The position numbers were made by a program, and so were the translations under genes. Below, piece by piece: positions 1 to 10,115 of a stretch of 20,000 nucleotides of DNA (its first letter is position 1; each line of letters opens with the position of its first letter). Below the pieces are notes generated by a model. That model had not been told where the DNA came from and did no database searches. It saw only the letters and a list, made by a program, of their open reading frames with translations. The DNA comes from Novakomyces olei (taxonomy: Eukaryota): contig JADEYG010000003.1 of NCBI GenBank assembly GCA_016906335.1, positions 1,718,138 through 1,738,137 on the forward strand, written 5' to 3'.

Positions 1-309
1 TACCCCTGTTTCGGTGTATTGGATTTTTTAGACCCTTTGAACCATCCATGGTCAACGATTTGTTGGATCAAATATAGTTCTGTGTTGTCTTTGTAGCGTC
101 GCAGAGCTTTAGGCTTAGGTTGTTCTCTGGTGTTGTGACTGTTCATTGGATGATGTTTCTTTAATTGAGAAATGTGAACAACGGGATGATATTTTATTGA
201 TGTTGGTAGTTCCAATTCATATGAAACAGGACTGATTTTTTGAATAATTTTGAATGGACCAATGTATTTTGATTGTAATTTTCGTGTGAGAACATCGTGG
301 AATAGCTCC
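1..309 (-). pseudogene. Ty3/gypsy integrase C-terminus (GPF module and start of a chromodomain-like region) of older element E0; continues beyond the window
   Basis: Manual minus-strand translation: ELFHDVLTRKLQSKYIGPFKIIQKISPVSYELELPTSIKYHPVVHISQLKKH...ELYLIQQIVDH. Joins in frame to the 5532-6006 ORF when E1 and one TSD copy are removed. Confidence 0.92.
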
Positions 310-606
310 TGTCAGTGCGTGTCACAGGCGAACCTCGACGCCTGAGTACAACTGCTTAATTGCACGCCGCTTATCGTAACGGCTAGCGGGAAAAAGGAGA
401 ATACAATAGAATAATTGCACAACAGTTATATTCACTAGTTGGCTAAGCGTAAGTAAAGTAGATACCAGAAGGCCCTACTTATACTTCCGCTTAGCGTTCT
501 AAATTACTAAGCAAAACTATCTAGAATATTCTATACTAAAAACTAATGCCTGCACACTAATTGCACGAGTGCAACTTCTGTGCCAGGCACATGTCAGCTC
601 CTGACA
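310..606 (-). repeat. E1 3' LTR
   Basis: Direct repeat of 5235-5531 with no differences seen by eye; 6-bp terminal inverted repeat TGTCAG/CTGACA. Confidence 0.98.
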
Positions 607-620
607 TTACCCCCCCTTCA
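607..620 (-). other. E1 polypurine tract
   Basis: Minus strand TGAAGGGGGGGTAA immediately precedes the 3' LTR. Confidence 0.9.
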
Positions 621-685
621 AAGGTTAAAACGTCCTGCAATAGATGTAGTACTATGTGCAGTGTAAGGCATGTATATGTGTTTTT

Positions 686-810
<125 letters not shown>

Positions 811-1053
811 TTTGCCTTTATGTATATATATATATTGTATATATATATAATACTCAAGTAATAAAGTAAGCACAATAGTATATATATATAATACTGACAC
901 ATAGTATGTATATATATATATATATATGAATAATGCTCAAGTAGTAAAGTAAGCACACATAGTATATATATATAATACTAGGGCAATAGAATAAGGACAC
1001 GTATAGGTAAGAATTAAATAAGATCTAAAGAACAAATAAAGAAATACGTGAGT

Positions 1054-1233
1054 TCATGAGCGTAGTTTTCTGTTGTAGTCGTCTAAGGTTTCTTGCGCGT
1101 TTGTCAAGTTGGCTGCGCTTTCCCATGTTCTGTCCTCTTCATTGTAGCCTTTCCAGTGGACGAGGTAGCGTTTGCCAGCTCCTCGTCCGCGATGTCCGCA
1201 TATATATTCGACCTCGTACTCTTTGAGATCGTG
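1054..1233 (-). pseudogene. E1 integrase chromodomain, out of frame with pol
   Basis: Alternate frame reads HDLKEYEVEYICGHRGRGAGKRYLVHWKGYNEEDRTWESAANLTNAQETLDDYNRKLRS*, colinear with the E2 chromodomain. The shift falls in the ATATATA run at about 1234-1240. Confidence 0.92.
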
Positions 1234-4200
1234 TATATATCCGGTACTGTAGTCTCCGTATGATCTCTGTTAAATCGGTCGCCTTTGCTCAATTCTAATT
1301 GTGATTCGTTGAAGACATTATGTATTTGGATATTCGTAGGTAAGTCGACGCGATAAGCTGACACGCCAATTCTTTCAACAATCTTAAATGGCCCAATTCT
1401 TTTGTGATCGAGCTTGGGACTCGGTCGGTCGCTATTGATGTATTTAGGTTGTATCCAAACAAAATCTCCAACGCTATATTCTCGTCCGATTCGTCTCTTT
1501 CGATTGTAGTAAATTGCCATACGTTTGTTGGCTGTGTCCAGCGCTTCTCGGATTCCTTTAAAGACCTCGTTCCAATTCTTCAAACAGTTGTCGGCAGCGG
1601 GGGTTTGTGTTTCCCTGTTGCCCACTGTAAACGTTGTGGGATGGAAGCCGTAATTTGCATAAAATGGGGACAATTTTGTACTGGCGTTCACCGCATTATT
1701 TAAGGCAAATTCTGCAAATGGCAACAGGTCGACCCAATTGTCCTGGTTGTAGTTGGCGTAGCATCGTAAGTACTGTTCCAAGGACTGATTCGTTCGTTCC
1801 GTTTGTCCGTTGGTCTGCGGGTGGTGACTAGTTGACTGGCATAGCTTGATTCCGAGTCCTGTAGTCAGACCCTTCCAAAAATGACTTACAAACCTCGGGT
1901 CTCTGTCGGAAATAATTTCTTTGGGCAGTCCGTGGTACCTAAACACGTGCTGTATAAACAACTGTGCGGTTCCCTGTGCTGTGATCCTAGTATCACATGG
2001 GATCAAATGGCACATTTTTGTCAAACGGTCCACAACCACTAAAATAGAATCCTGGTTCTTCGATTTCGGTAGCTGCACTATGAAATCAATAGACACTGAT
2101 TCCCACGGTTTTTCTGGTATTTGCAGGGAATGCAATTCTCCTGACGGTGATCTTCTCGGTACTTTATTTCTCTTGCAGGTGGGGCACCCCTGTATATAAT
2201 CCTCCACGTCCTTTCGTAGGCCTGGCCATTCATAGTGGCGTTTGATTAACTCCAATGTTCGCGACGATCCGAAGTGTCCCGCCAGCGGGTGATCGTGGTG
2301 GTCGCTCAATATCCTTTTTCTCTCTTCTTCAGTGGGTACAGTGCTTGTTGCTGCTTCCAACTGATTCACGAATATCTCGGGTTTTAGTAATATCTGCTCC
2401 TGGTGTTTTCGGTATGGTTCTGTAGATAAGTCGTTCAAATCTGGTCTCCGGCTAAGTGCGTCGGCTGCACCGTTAAATTGCCCCTTGCGGTATGTAATAT
2501 TAATGTCATAGTCGGCAAGCAGTTCCGACCATCGGGCTTGCCGCCTAGTGAGCTGTTTCGTGGTAGTAAAGGGGATTAAATTCTTGTGGTCCGTATAGAT
2601 CAATGTTGGCTGTTTTTGCCCTTGTACGTAGTGTCTCCATGTTCTAAGGGCCCAGATAATGGCTAGCAGCTCTTTATCATGAATATCATAGTTTATTTCG
2701 GCCATGCTCAGCTTTCGGCTGATAAATGATATTGGCTTGAGTCCTTCAGGAGTAATTTGCGTGAGCACTGCTCCCAGCGCAAAATCGGAAGCATCTGTCT
2801 CGATGATGCATTGCTTCTCGGGGTCGTAGTGGTCCAATAGAACGTTCTTTTCAAATTGCAATTTTAGTGTACGAAACGCATCTTCTTGCACAGTCGTCCA
2901 TTCAAATGGTTTGTTCTTTGATAAAAGAGCCGTGAGTGGTCGTGCTAGCTTCGAGAATCCTTGTATGAAGCGTCTGTAATAGTTACAAAGTCCCAAGAAA
3001 CTCTGTACGTCGTGGATTGATTTCAACTTCGGCCATTTGCGGATTGTTTCTGTTTTATCTTGGCTCATACTAACTCCCTTAGTCGATATTGCATAGCCCA
3101 AAAATTCAACCTGTTCTTTGTGAAACTCACACTTTTCTCCCTTGACACAAAGTCCTCGCCTTTGAAGTCGTCCCAGCACTTCTTTGACGTCTTCGGTATG
3201 TTCCTCCAATGACTTTGAGTAAATAAGAACATCGTCCAGGTAAACTAGGACCTTTCGGTCTAGGATATCGCGGAACACATCGTTCATCAAATCCTGGAAG
3301 GTGGCCGGCGCATTAGTCAATCCAAAGGGCATTACTAAATACTCAAAGTGTCCGAAACGCGTCCGAAACGCTGTTTTCCACTCGTCGCCACGCTTTATCC
3401 TCACCAAGTTATACGCTCCTCTCAAATCGAGTTTTGTAAAATACTGAGATCCTGCGATCTTGTCGATTAGGTCATCGATTCTTGGTAACGGATACTTGTT
3501 TTTGATTGTAATCGCATTCAATTGGCGATAATCCACGCAAAGTCTCAGACTTCCGTCCTTCTTTTTAACGAATAGTATCGGGGCCCCAGCAGGTGATTTA
3601 GACCTGCGTATGAATCCTCTCGCAAGATTCTTTTCAATGTATTCTCTCAGTTCTTCTTGTTCTTCGTGGCTAATGCTGTAAATTGGCCCAAAGGGTATCT
3701 GGGCTCCTTCGACCAGCCTTATCTCGTGGTCGTATAATCCATGTTCAGGAAGCGAATCTGCCTTTTCTTTAGCAAATATTTCCTTGTAGTCCTTGTATTC
3801 TTCCGGGATATCGTCTTGCTTTTCTCTTGTTTCCGTAAGATTTATTTCCAACATCTCCTCTGTACTTTCGTCCTCTTTGAACGACATTGCTCCTTTTCTC
3901 CAATCAATCGAAGGGTTGTTGTCGTGCAACCACTGTATACCAAGAATGATATCATGACGCCCGATATCGGCCATGTAGAATTTTGTAGGCATAAGACGGT
4001 CGTCTATTATCAAAGAAAGGTCTCCCGTTGTAAGTATGACAGGTCCTCCTGGCAATGGCCGTCCGTCCACCACCTGTACAAAGATTGGCTCTTTGATTTG
4101 CTTCATGTCGATGTTTAGTTTATTGACAACCCGCGGGTTAATAAAGTTCAGGTGTGCACCAGAGTCCACCAATGCTCTGAAACTTATTCCGCACAGTTCG

Positions 4201-4268
4201 GCTGTCACCTCAATTTGTTTGTTGTCCTTTCTGATGGGTTTCTCGTCATTTGTGCCCAATGCAGCCAT
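1104..4268 (-). CDS. pol: E1 Pol polyprotein (aspartic protease, RT, RNase H, integrase), probably expressed by -1 frameshift from gag
   Basis: LVDSGA; YLDD; ETDASD/ELLAI/YTDH/ADALSR; HHCC (HDHPLAGH...CPTC); DFI/SDRD/TER; GPF. Confidence 0.97.
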   Translation of the reverse strand: MAALGTNDEKPIRKDNKQIEVTAELCGISFRALVDSGAHLNFINPRVVNKLNIDMKQIKEPIFVQVVDGRPLPGGPVILTTGDLSLIIDDRLMPTKFYMADIGRHDIILGIQWLHDNNPSIDWRKGAMSFKEDESTEEMLEINLTETREKQDDIPEEYKDYKEIFAKEKADSLPEHGLYDHEIRLVEGAQIPFGPIYSISHEEQEELREYIEKNLARGFIRRSKSPAGAPILFVKKKDGSLRLCVDYRQLNAITIKNKYPLPRIDDLIDKIAGSQYFTKLDLRGAYNLVRIKRGDEWKTAFRTRFGHFEYLVMPFGLTNAPATFQDLMNDVFRDILDRKVLVYLDDVLIYSKSLEEHTEDVKEVLGRLQRRGLCVKGEKCEFHKEQVEFLGYAISTKGVSMSQDKTETIRKWPKLKSIHDVQSFLGLCNYYRRFIQGFSKLARPLTALLSKNKPFEWTTVQEDAFRTLKLQFEKNVLLDHYDPEKQCIIETDASDFALGAVLTQITPEGLKPISFISRKLSMAEINYDIHDKELLAIIWALRTWRHYVQGQKQPTLIYTDHKNLIPFTTTKQLTRRQARWSELLADYDINITYRKGQFNGAADALSRRPDLNDLSTEPYRKHQEQILLKPEIFVNQLEAATSTVPTEEERKRILSDHHDHPLAGHFGSSRTLELIKRHYEWPGLRKDVEDYIQGCPTCKRNKVPRRSPSGELHSLQIPEKPWESVSIDFIVQLPKSKNQDSILVVVDRLTKMCHLIPCDTRITAQGTAQLFIQHVFRYHGLPKEIISDRDPRFVSHFWKGLTTGLGIKLCQSTSHHPQTNGQTERTNQSLEQYLRCYANYNQDNWVDLLPFAEFALNNAVNASTKLSPFYANYGFHPTTFTVGNRETQTPAADNCLKNWNEVFKGIREALDTANKRMAIYYNRKRRIGREYSVGDFVWIQPKYINSDRPSPKLDHKRIGPFKIVERIGVSAYRVDLPTNIQIHNVFNESQLELSKGDRFNRDHTETTVPDIYTISKSTRSNIYADIADEELANATSSTGKATMKRTEHGKAQPT

Positions 4269-4276
4269 CTCCTGGA

Positions 4277-5182
4277 TTAGGCGTTTGCTTTTTCCGAGTC
4301 GTCCCTTGTTTCAAATTTCTTCGTTGTTCCAGTCCGCGTCTCTTCGCGGCAATGCTTTGCTATATGCCCCTTTTTGTGGCATCTATAGCACTCGACAGGC
4401 TTTTCGTGCTTGAACTTTCTCTCGCCGTCTCTTGACAATGTCGGTGTTCTCATAACGTCGATTTCCATTGGCATCTCTCTTGTTCCCGGCGATGGTTCTC
4501 TTCTGTAGATTCTGGCTCGGTCGCGGTTTCTCTCAAACAGCCTGTTGTCGATTCTAATGCTCACATCGACAAGGGCTTTCAAATCTCTAGGCGATTCTGC
4601 TCGTGCCAGTTCATCCTTGACACTGTCCTTAAGGCCCTCATAATACTGCGCTGCTAGAGCCTCGTCGTTCCACGCAAGAAAGGCGCTCAGTCTTTCAAAT
4701 TCAGCTGCATAATGCGATGCTGAGCTTTTTTGTTTCAACTGCCTAAGCTGTCTCTGTGCCGTTCGCTTCATGTCTCTATCTCCGAACATGCGTTGTAGCT
4801 CGTTGCAAAACAGCGAAAAATCGTCGAGTAGTTCTCCATCCTCTCGCAAAATATGCGGCTCCCACCAACGAAAAGCGGCCCCACGCAAGTACGATGCTGC
4901 AAACAGAACCTTTTGTCTCTCGGTCGTGTATCTTTCTCTCTGCACATCGGTTATCATTTTCGTCTGCATGATAAATTCATTCAGTTTCCCTCGCTCTCCG
5001 GAAAATAATGGCGGAGGCGCCATCTTCGGCTCGCGGCCGGCAGACACACGTGTGCTGTTCTCATCACTAGTCACTCTTGCTAGTCTCTCCGTCAGCGCTG
5101 TGTTCTTTTGTTCCAAGAACTTCAGCCTGTCGGTCACTTGTGAGCAAAACTTTTGTAACTCCTCCATACTCGCGGGGTCCAT
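4277..5182 (-). CDS. gag: E1 Gag (capsid plus CCHC zinc knuckle)
   Basis: PKMAPPPLFSGER, FAASYLRGAAFRWW, YYEGLKDSVKDEL, PMEID, CYRCHKKGHIAKHC; first in-frame ATG at 5182 (the ORF track starts at a GTG at 5215). Confidence 0.95.
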   Translation of the reverse strand: MDPASMEELQKFCSQVTDRLKFLEQKNTALTERLARVTSDENSTRVSAGREPKMAPPPLFSGERGKLNEFIMQTKMITDVQRERYTTERQKVLFAASYLRGAAFRWWEPHILREDGELLDDFSLFCNELQRMFGDRDMKRTAQRQLRQLKQKSSASHYAAEFERLSAFLAWNDEALAAQYYEGLKDSVKDELARAESPRDLKALVDVSIRIDNRLFERNRDRARIYRREPSPGTREMPMEIDVMRTPTLSRDGERKFKHEKPVECYRCHKKGHIAKHCREETRTGTTKKFETRDDSEKANA

Positions 5183-5223
5183 CGTTCCCACCGTAAATGT
5201 TCTTCCTAGTCCCACTAAAACGG

Positions 5224-5232
5224 ACGCTTAGC
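5224..5232 (-). promoter_or_regulatory. E1 self-priming primer-binding site GCTAAGCGT
   Basis: Begins 2 nt after the 5' LTR and lacks TGG; perfectly complementary to minus-strand LTR ACGCTTAGC (5375-5367), which lies about 33 nt downstream of TATAAGTA (5408-5401). Confidence 0.82.
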
Positions 5233-5234
5233 AC

Positions 5235-5531
5235 TGTCAGTGCGTGTCACAGGCGAACCTCGACGCCTGAGTACAACTGCTTAATTGCACGCCGCTTATC
5301 GTAACGGCTAGCGGGAAAAAGGAGAATACAATAGAATAATTGCACAACAGTTATATTCACTAGTTGGCTAAGCGTAAGTAAAGTAGATACCAGAAGGCCC
5401 TACTTATACTTCCGCTTAGCGTTCTAAATTACTAAGCAAAACTATCTAGAATATTCTATACTAAAAACTAATGCCTGCACACTAATTGCACGAGTGCAAC
5501 TTCTGTGCCAGGCACATGTCAGCTCCTGACA
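5235..5531 (-). repeat. E1 5' LTR
   Basis: Direct repeat of 310-606. Confidence 0.98.
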
Positions 5532-6248
5532 GCTCCGGTATTTCTCGTATGTTGGCTGTGCTTAAATAAGCCAGGTCATTAACATTATATTCAACATTTA
5601 TTCGCTTTTTATCCGCATAGATTTTTGATAAATCATGTGCTGTTCTGATAGCATCTTGACAAAGAATTTTGTTGGCCTCCAGAGTGTTTATAAAAGAGGA
5701 AGTATCTTTGTTCGGTGTTTCGGGCATTGATAAGTCAGTAAGACTACGTGGAATGTAGCCAAGATCCGCCTCAAAGGGTGTCATTGATATGGCGGAGTGT
5801 TGGCTTGAAGAGTAAAAGAATTCGGCAAACGATAATAATGTGTGCCAGCTGAAGTTCTTTTTATTGGCATAAATGAAAAGACGAAGATAGTCTTCCAATA
5901 CACGATTTGTGCGTTCGGTTTGACCGTTGGACTGTGGGTGATAGCTTGATGATGGCTTCAGTTTGATTTGAAGAGTTTTTGTAAGTGTCTGCCAAAATTC
6001 AGACATAAATCTTACATCTCTGTCACTTATTATTGCAGTTGGTAAGCCGTGTAGACAGAAATTCTTTCCAGAAATAGCTGTGCAGTTCCTTGTGCTGTTA
6101 TAGTTGTGTGCGTGGGCCAGAAATGAGCTCTTTTGGTTAGACGATCAACTATGCAAATTATAGCATCAAACTTTCGAGTCCCCGAAGCTGGTAGTCCAGT
6201 GATAAAGTCCATGCCTATTGTTTGCCATCGATTACTCGGTATATCGAG
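5532..6248 (-). pseudogene. Integrase catalytic core of older Ty3/gypsy element E0; one frameshift, 5'-truncated
   Basis: LDIPSNRWQTIGMDFITGLP...IVDRLTKRAHF..., then a frameshift near 6060, then FCLHGLPTAIISDRDVRFMSEFW...YHPQSNGQTERTNRVLEDYLR. Confidence 0.93.
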
Positions 6249-6273
6249 TTAGGGTTAGTTAGGGTTAGGGTTA
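6247..6273 (+). repeat. Interstitial telomeric tract AGTTAGGGTTAGTTAGGGTTAGGGTTA
   Basis: Same units and same orientation as the terminal array at 19900-20000. Confidence 0.9.
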
Positions 6274-6486
6274 CTAATGGTGAAATTTAGGTAGGGTTGG
6301 GCAAAAACTTGGGGAAAATTTTTCGAGGTAGAAAATTTGAAATGCGATTCTTATACGGAAGCTTTGTATGGAGGTTGCTACGCGTCCAGTTATTTGTTGT
6401 GTAAACAAATAATGAGCGTTGCTATAAACAATGGTTTCCTTGGCAACGTATTGCTTATAGCTTGACGAAGACGCATCGTAAGCACC

Positions 6487-6843
6487 ATTGACGGCAAGGG
6501 TAGGGTTGTTGGATTTATAAAATATAATTATTATACAATATGGGCTGCACATATTATAGTTATCTGATAATATAATATAAATATTATAGAGAGAGCACCA
6601 TAGTAATAGAGTATAATAAGAAATACGTCAGAAAAATAAGAAAAATTAAGAGTGTGTTGTCCATGTGTAGAGGTGACAAAAAATCGAAAGAACAAGCGTT
6701 TTTACAAAAAGTATATGGTTGGAAAGAGGGGAGCAGTAGGAGTGTAAATATATATTTGTTTACAAGATTGGATTAGTAGGTATAAAGATATAGGGCTTTA
6801 AAGATTCATAAAAAGCTCATGATGCCCCAGGATGTATTTTATG
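6487..6843 (+). repeat. Subtelomeric ~355-bp repeat, copy R1
   Basis: Colinear with 18509-18864 with scattered substitutions; starts ATTGACGGCAAGGGTAGGGTTG. Confidence 0.93.
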
Positions 6844-6859
6844 GGTCGTGTCTATTGTA

Positions 6860-7930
6860 ATAATTTATTGTAAAGTAATGTATGTATAATAATGTATGGC
6901 AGAGTAATATATGGTATAATAATCTATTGTAAAGTAATGTATGTATAATAATGTATGGTATAATAATGCATTGTAATATAATGTATTGTATAGTAATGTA
7001 TGTATAATAATGTATGGTATTATATTGTATTGTAAAGTAATGTATGTATAATAACACCTGCATATGTGATTGACGGCAAGGGTAGGGTTGTTGGATTTAT
7101 AAATATAACATTGCTACACAAGATGGCCTGCATATATTATAGTAATGAGATAATATAATGATAGTATTAAAGAAAGAGCAACTAGATATTAGGAATGAGA
7201 ATAACATTATAAAAATTGAGAAAAATTAAGTATATTAAAATAATGTATTATAATTTATTGTAAAGTAATGTATGTTATAAGGTAGAATAATGTACTGTAA
7301 AGTAATGTATGTATAATAATGTATGGTGGAATAATGTATGGAGGAATGTATTTATAATAATGTATGTATAATAATGTATGGTGGAATAATGTATGGAGGA
7401 ATATTGTATGGAGTAGTGTATAATAATATATGGCAGTATAATGTATGGACGAACAATGTATGGAGAAATAATGTAAGGAATGATAATGTGTGTTATAATA
7501 ATGTGTGGTAGTATAATAATGTATAAGGCAGTTATTATAAGGCAGTTATTATATGGCAGTAGTTATTATAAGGCAGTTATTATAAGCAGTTATTATATGG
7601 CGGTTATTTGGCAGTTAATGTATGGGATCATAATGTATGTGGAATTAATAAGGCAGTTATTATAAGGCAGTAGTTATTATAAGGCAGTTATTATAAGTAG
7701 TTATTATATGGCGGTTATTTGGCAGTTAATGTATGGGATAATAATGTATGTGGAATTAATAAGGCAGTTATTATAGGGCAGTTATTATAAGGCAGTTATT
7801 ACATGGCGGTTATTTAGTAGTTAATTTATGGGATAATAATGTATGTGGAAGTAATATATGGAGGAATGGAAAGTATGGGATGATCATTATATCGCAGCTA
7901 ATATATTGCGGTTTATTACACGGCAGTTGG
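6860..7930 (+). repeat. C-poor degenerate satellite (ATAATGTATGG/GTAAAGTAATGTATGT units, then GGCAGTTATTATA units with a ~100-110 bp higher-order repeat)
   Basis: Motifs recur many times; GGCGGTTATTT...GTTAAT.TATGGGAT recurs near 7600, 7710 and 7805. Confidence 0.85.
7069..7230 (+). repeat. Partial, more diverged third copy of the R repeat
   Basis: ATTGACGGCAAGGGTAGGGTTGTTGGATTTATAAA identical to the R1 start, then degenerate similarity up to GAAAAATTAAG. Confidence 0.85.
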
Positions 7931-8194
7931 TTATATAGCAGTTGCTACAAGAATAGCTATAATTGCGTGATGTTTATTTGCTATGCTGAAGGTGCAAGTT
8001 CGTTCGCTCAATAATAGGATTAGTATTTGATTCAGCTCTAGTGTAGAAAATAAAGTTTATCACAATTAACTTGTACGAAATTGTTTGCGTTTGATAAAAT
8101 ACAAAGTACATCAATTTTGGTTGTTGTAGATTATACAATGGATATGGGAAACGAGAGAGCCAAAAACTTAAATAGGTAGTAAAGTAAAATGTAT

Positions 8195-8219
8195 GGGCAG
8201 GGCAGGGCAGGGCAGGGCA
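8195..8219 (+). repeat. (GGGCA)5, potential G-quadruplex
   Basis: Five GGG tracts with 2-nt loops. Confidence 0.85.
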
Positions 8220-8571
8220 GATATCCGGTGGACAAATGCAGTTTTAAATATAGATATCTAGTGTTTCGATATCTGCGAATATATGGCAGTTGGTTATACG
8301 GTAGTTATTATATGGTGTTGGACATGTTAGTAATTTGTATGGTTCATTATCATGTGGCGATTATGTATGTATAATAATGTATGGGGGAATAGTGTATTGC
8401 AGTTATTATATTGCAGTTATTATATGGCGGTTAATTATGTTGCGGTTAATATATGGCAGTTTATTGTATGATAGTAATTATATTGAATTTAATATTTGAA
8501 TTAATATAAAATTATTATAAATTTGAATACTATTAATACTTAATGAAATTAAACTGATAATTGTATAAATC

Positions 8572-8726
8572 ATTATATTATATTATATTATATTATATTA
8601 TATTATATTATATTATATTATATTATATTATATTATATTATATTATATTATATTATATTATATTATATTATATTATATTATATTATATTATATTATATTA
8701 TATTATATTATATTATATTATATTAT
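8572..8726. repeat. (ATTAT)n pentanucleotide microsatellite, about 31 units
   Basis: Perfect tandem array. Confidence 0.95.
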
Positions 8727-8949
8727 AAAATATTATATAAAAAAAATTTGTATGGTACAGTATCATATAGCGGTAAATGTATGGTATAATGTATGGGAAT
8801 AGGCCAGCTAATATATGGCGGTTTATTATATTGACGTAGGCTTTGTTTATGCGGAGCTATTCTGACAATAAAAGTCGCATTTAGTAGAATTCAATTCAAT
8901 TAAAACTATCCGAAGCAAAGTACATTTAGTTGTATTAAGCTAAGTCGTG

Positions 8950-9685
8950 TTAGTTAGAGAAGTTTAAACTTAGATCTTCGTTAAATGCGCGTAGGCGTGT
9001 TAGCCAAATCGTAAGCTTGTAGTCGCTGAAGGATGGAATTGGGGCATCATTCAGGCGGCTATAACATGTTTTATCACTAAATAAAGAAAGATCAGACACA
9101 AAGGCATTGATACTGCTCATATCTGAGTGGCTTGCAACAGGCCCATACCAGTTAATTTTCTCAACTGCCGCTACGTTTTGTTCTCCATTTTTCTTTTTCC
9201 GGGATGCAGCCAATGTATTATTGTCATATTGCGGAATTATCCATAGATATCTCGCCGCAGTTATTGGCAAACGATCCATAAACATTTCAGCCCACACTGA
9301 ACCAGCCTGAATTTTAAGAATATTATAAAGCTGTCTTGAAAGCACAACAAATCGCTCCTTGTCCCACGTAGCGCTTCCTCTCGTACGCCAATCAAATAAC
9401 CCCTTCAGTTTACCGGTCCAAAGCATATTTTCGGGCGTGAGCTCTTTTCGAGAAACTCGTGACTCTATCACACGAGGTAAAAATCCAAGCGCTTGCTGTA
9501 TGGTTTTACAATCCATCCCAATTCGACCCTCGGCCATGTACTGACTATTCTCCGTATATGGCAAACAGTAATTGTCTTTCTTGGCTCTATCGTGAATTAA
9601 ACGCCATATGTCGGCCATGTATTGTCCAATCACCATTTCGTGACAGATCTTCAACACTTTGGCACGTTTTGTAGTTAGTGCACAG
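8950..9685 (-). pseudogene. 3' part of a 901-aa uncharacterised protein gene interrupted by E2
   Basis: Rejoined junction reads ...ENDLRDC-ALTTKRAKV-LKICHEM..., in frame with both ORF 16107-18125 and ORF 8950-9657. Confidence 0.93.
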
Positions 9686-10077
9686 TGTTACGGTGCGCTA
9701 TATGAGGCGCTAGCTAGCGCTGAAGATAGCGCTTTTACATCCTTTAATTTGTTTTGTTTCACTTTATTTTGTGTTACGACTTCTATTTTTAATTAGTTCT
9801 ATTTATAACTCTTAGCTTCTATTTTTAGATAGCAACTTAGTTAGTTTAATTAGTTTAGTTTGATTAGTTTCTCGGGCAAAGCCCCACGGAGCGTCATAAG
9901 AATGGGACACTCCCCTCTTATGTTCGCTACGTGTAATCAAATCTTGGTGTGCAATATTTTGGTTTTCTATTACTAGGTTCCCTACTTTCCACGTATCCTC
10001 AACAGAGCCAGCGTGAGATCTGGCATATTCACCTTATTGCACCTTTACGACTTTTTGGAAGTAAAGCCCCCATAACA
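9686..10077 (+). repeat. E2 5' LTR
   Basis: Direct repeat of 15759-16150 with no differences seen by eye. Confidence 0.98.
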
Positions 10078-10079
10078 GT

Positions 10080-10088
10080 ATTACACGT
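10080..10088 (+). promoter_or_regulatory. E2 self-priming primer-binding site ATTACACGT
   Basis: Begins 2 nt after the LTR and lacks TGG; complementary to LTR ACGTGTAAT at 9929-9937, which lies about 34 nt downstream of TATA-like CATAAGAA. Confidence 0.82.
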
Positions 10089-10115
10089 CCACGATTCTGA
10101 TTCGAGGATACAACG

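Noticed and set aside
304-315. E1 target site AGCTCC resembles the LTR's own end (AGCTCCTGACA), suggesting sequence-specific or homology-driven insertion
   Set aside because: Only 6 bp in a single instance, and E2 shows no equivalent; compatible with chance
1404-5231. Short plus-strand ORFs antisense to E1 gag/pol, and similar overlapping ORFs within E2 and the 901-aa gene
   Set aside because: Shadow ORFs with no recognisable motifs, overlapping well-supported genes
6274-8374. Small ORFs in the subtelomeric spacer and satellites (6274-6552, 6839-7063, 7480-7665, 8189-8374; also 19216-19479)
   Set aside because: Low-complexity Y/I/H/L-rich translations of repeats; no domain evidence
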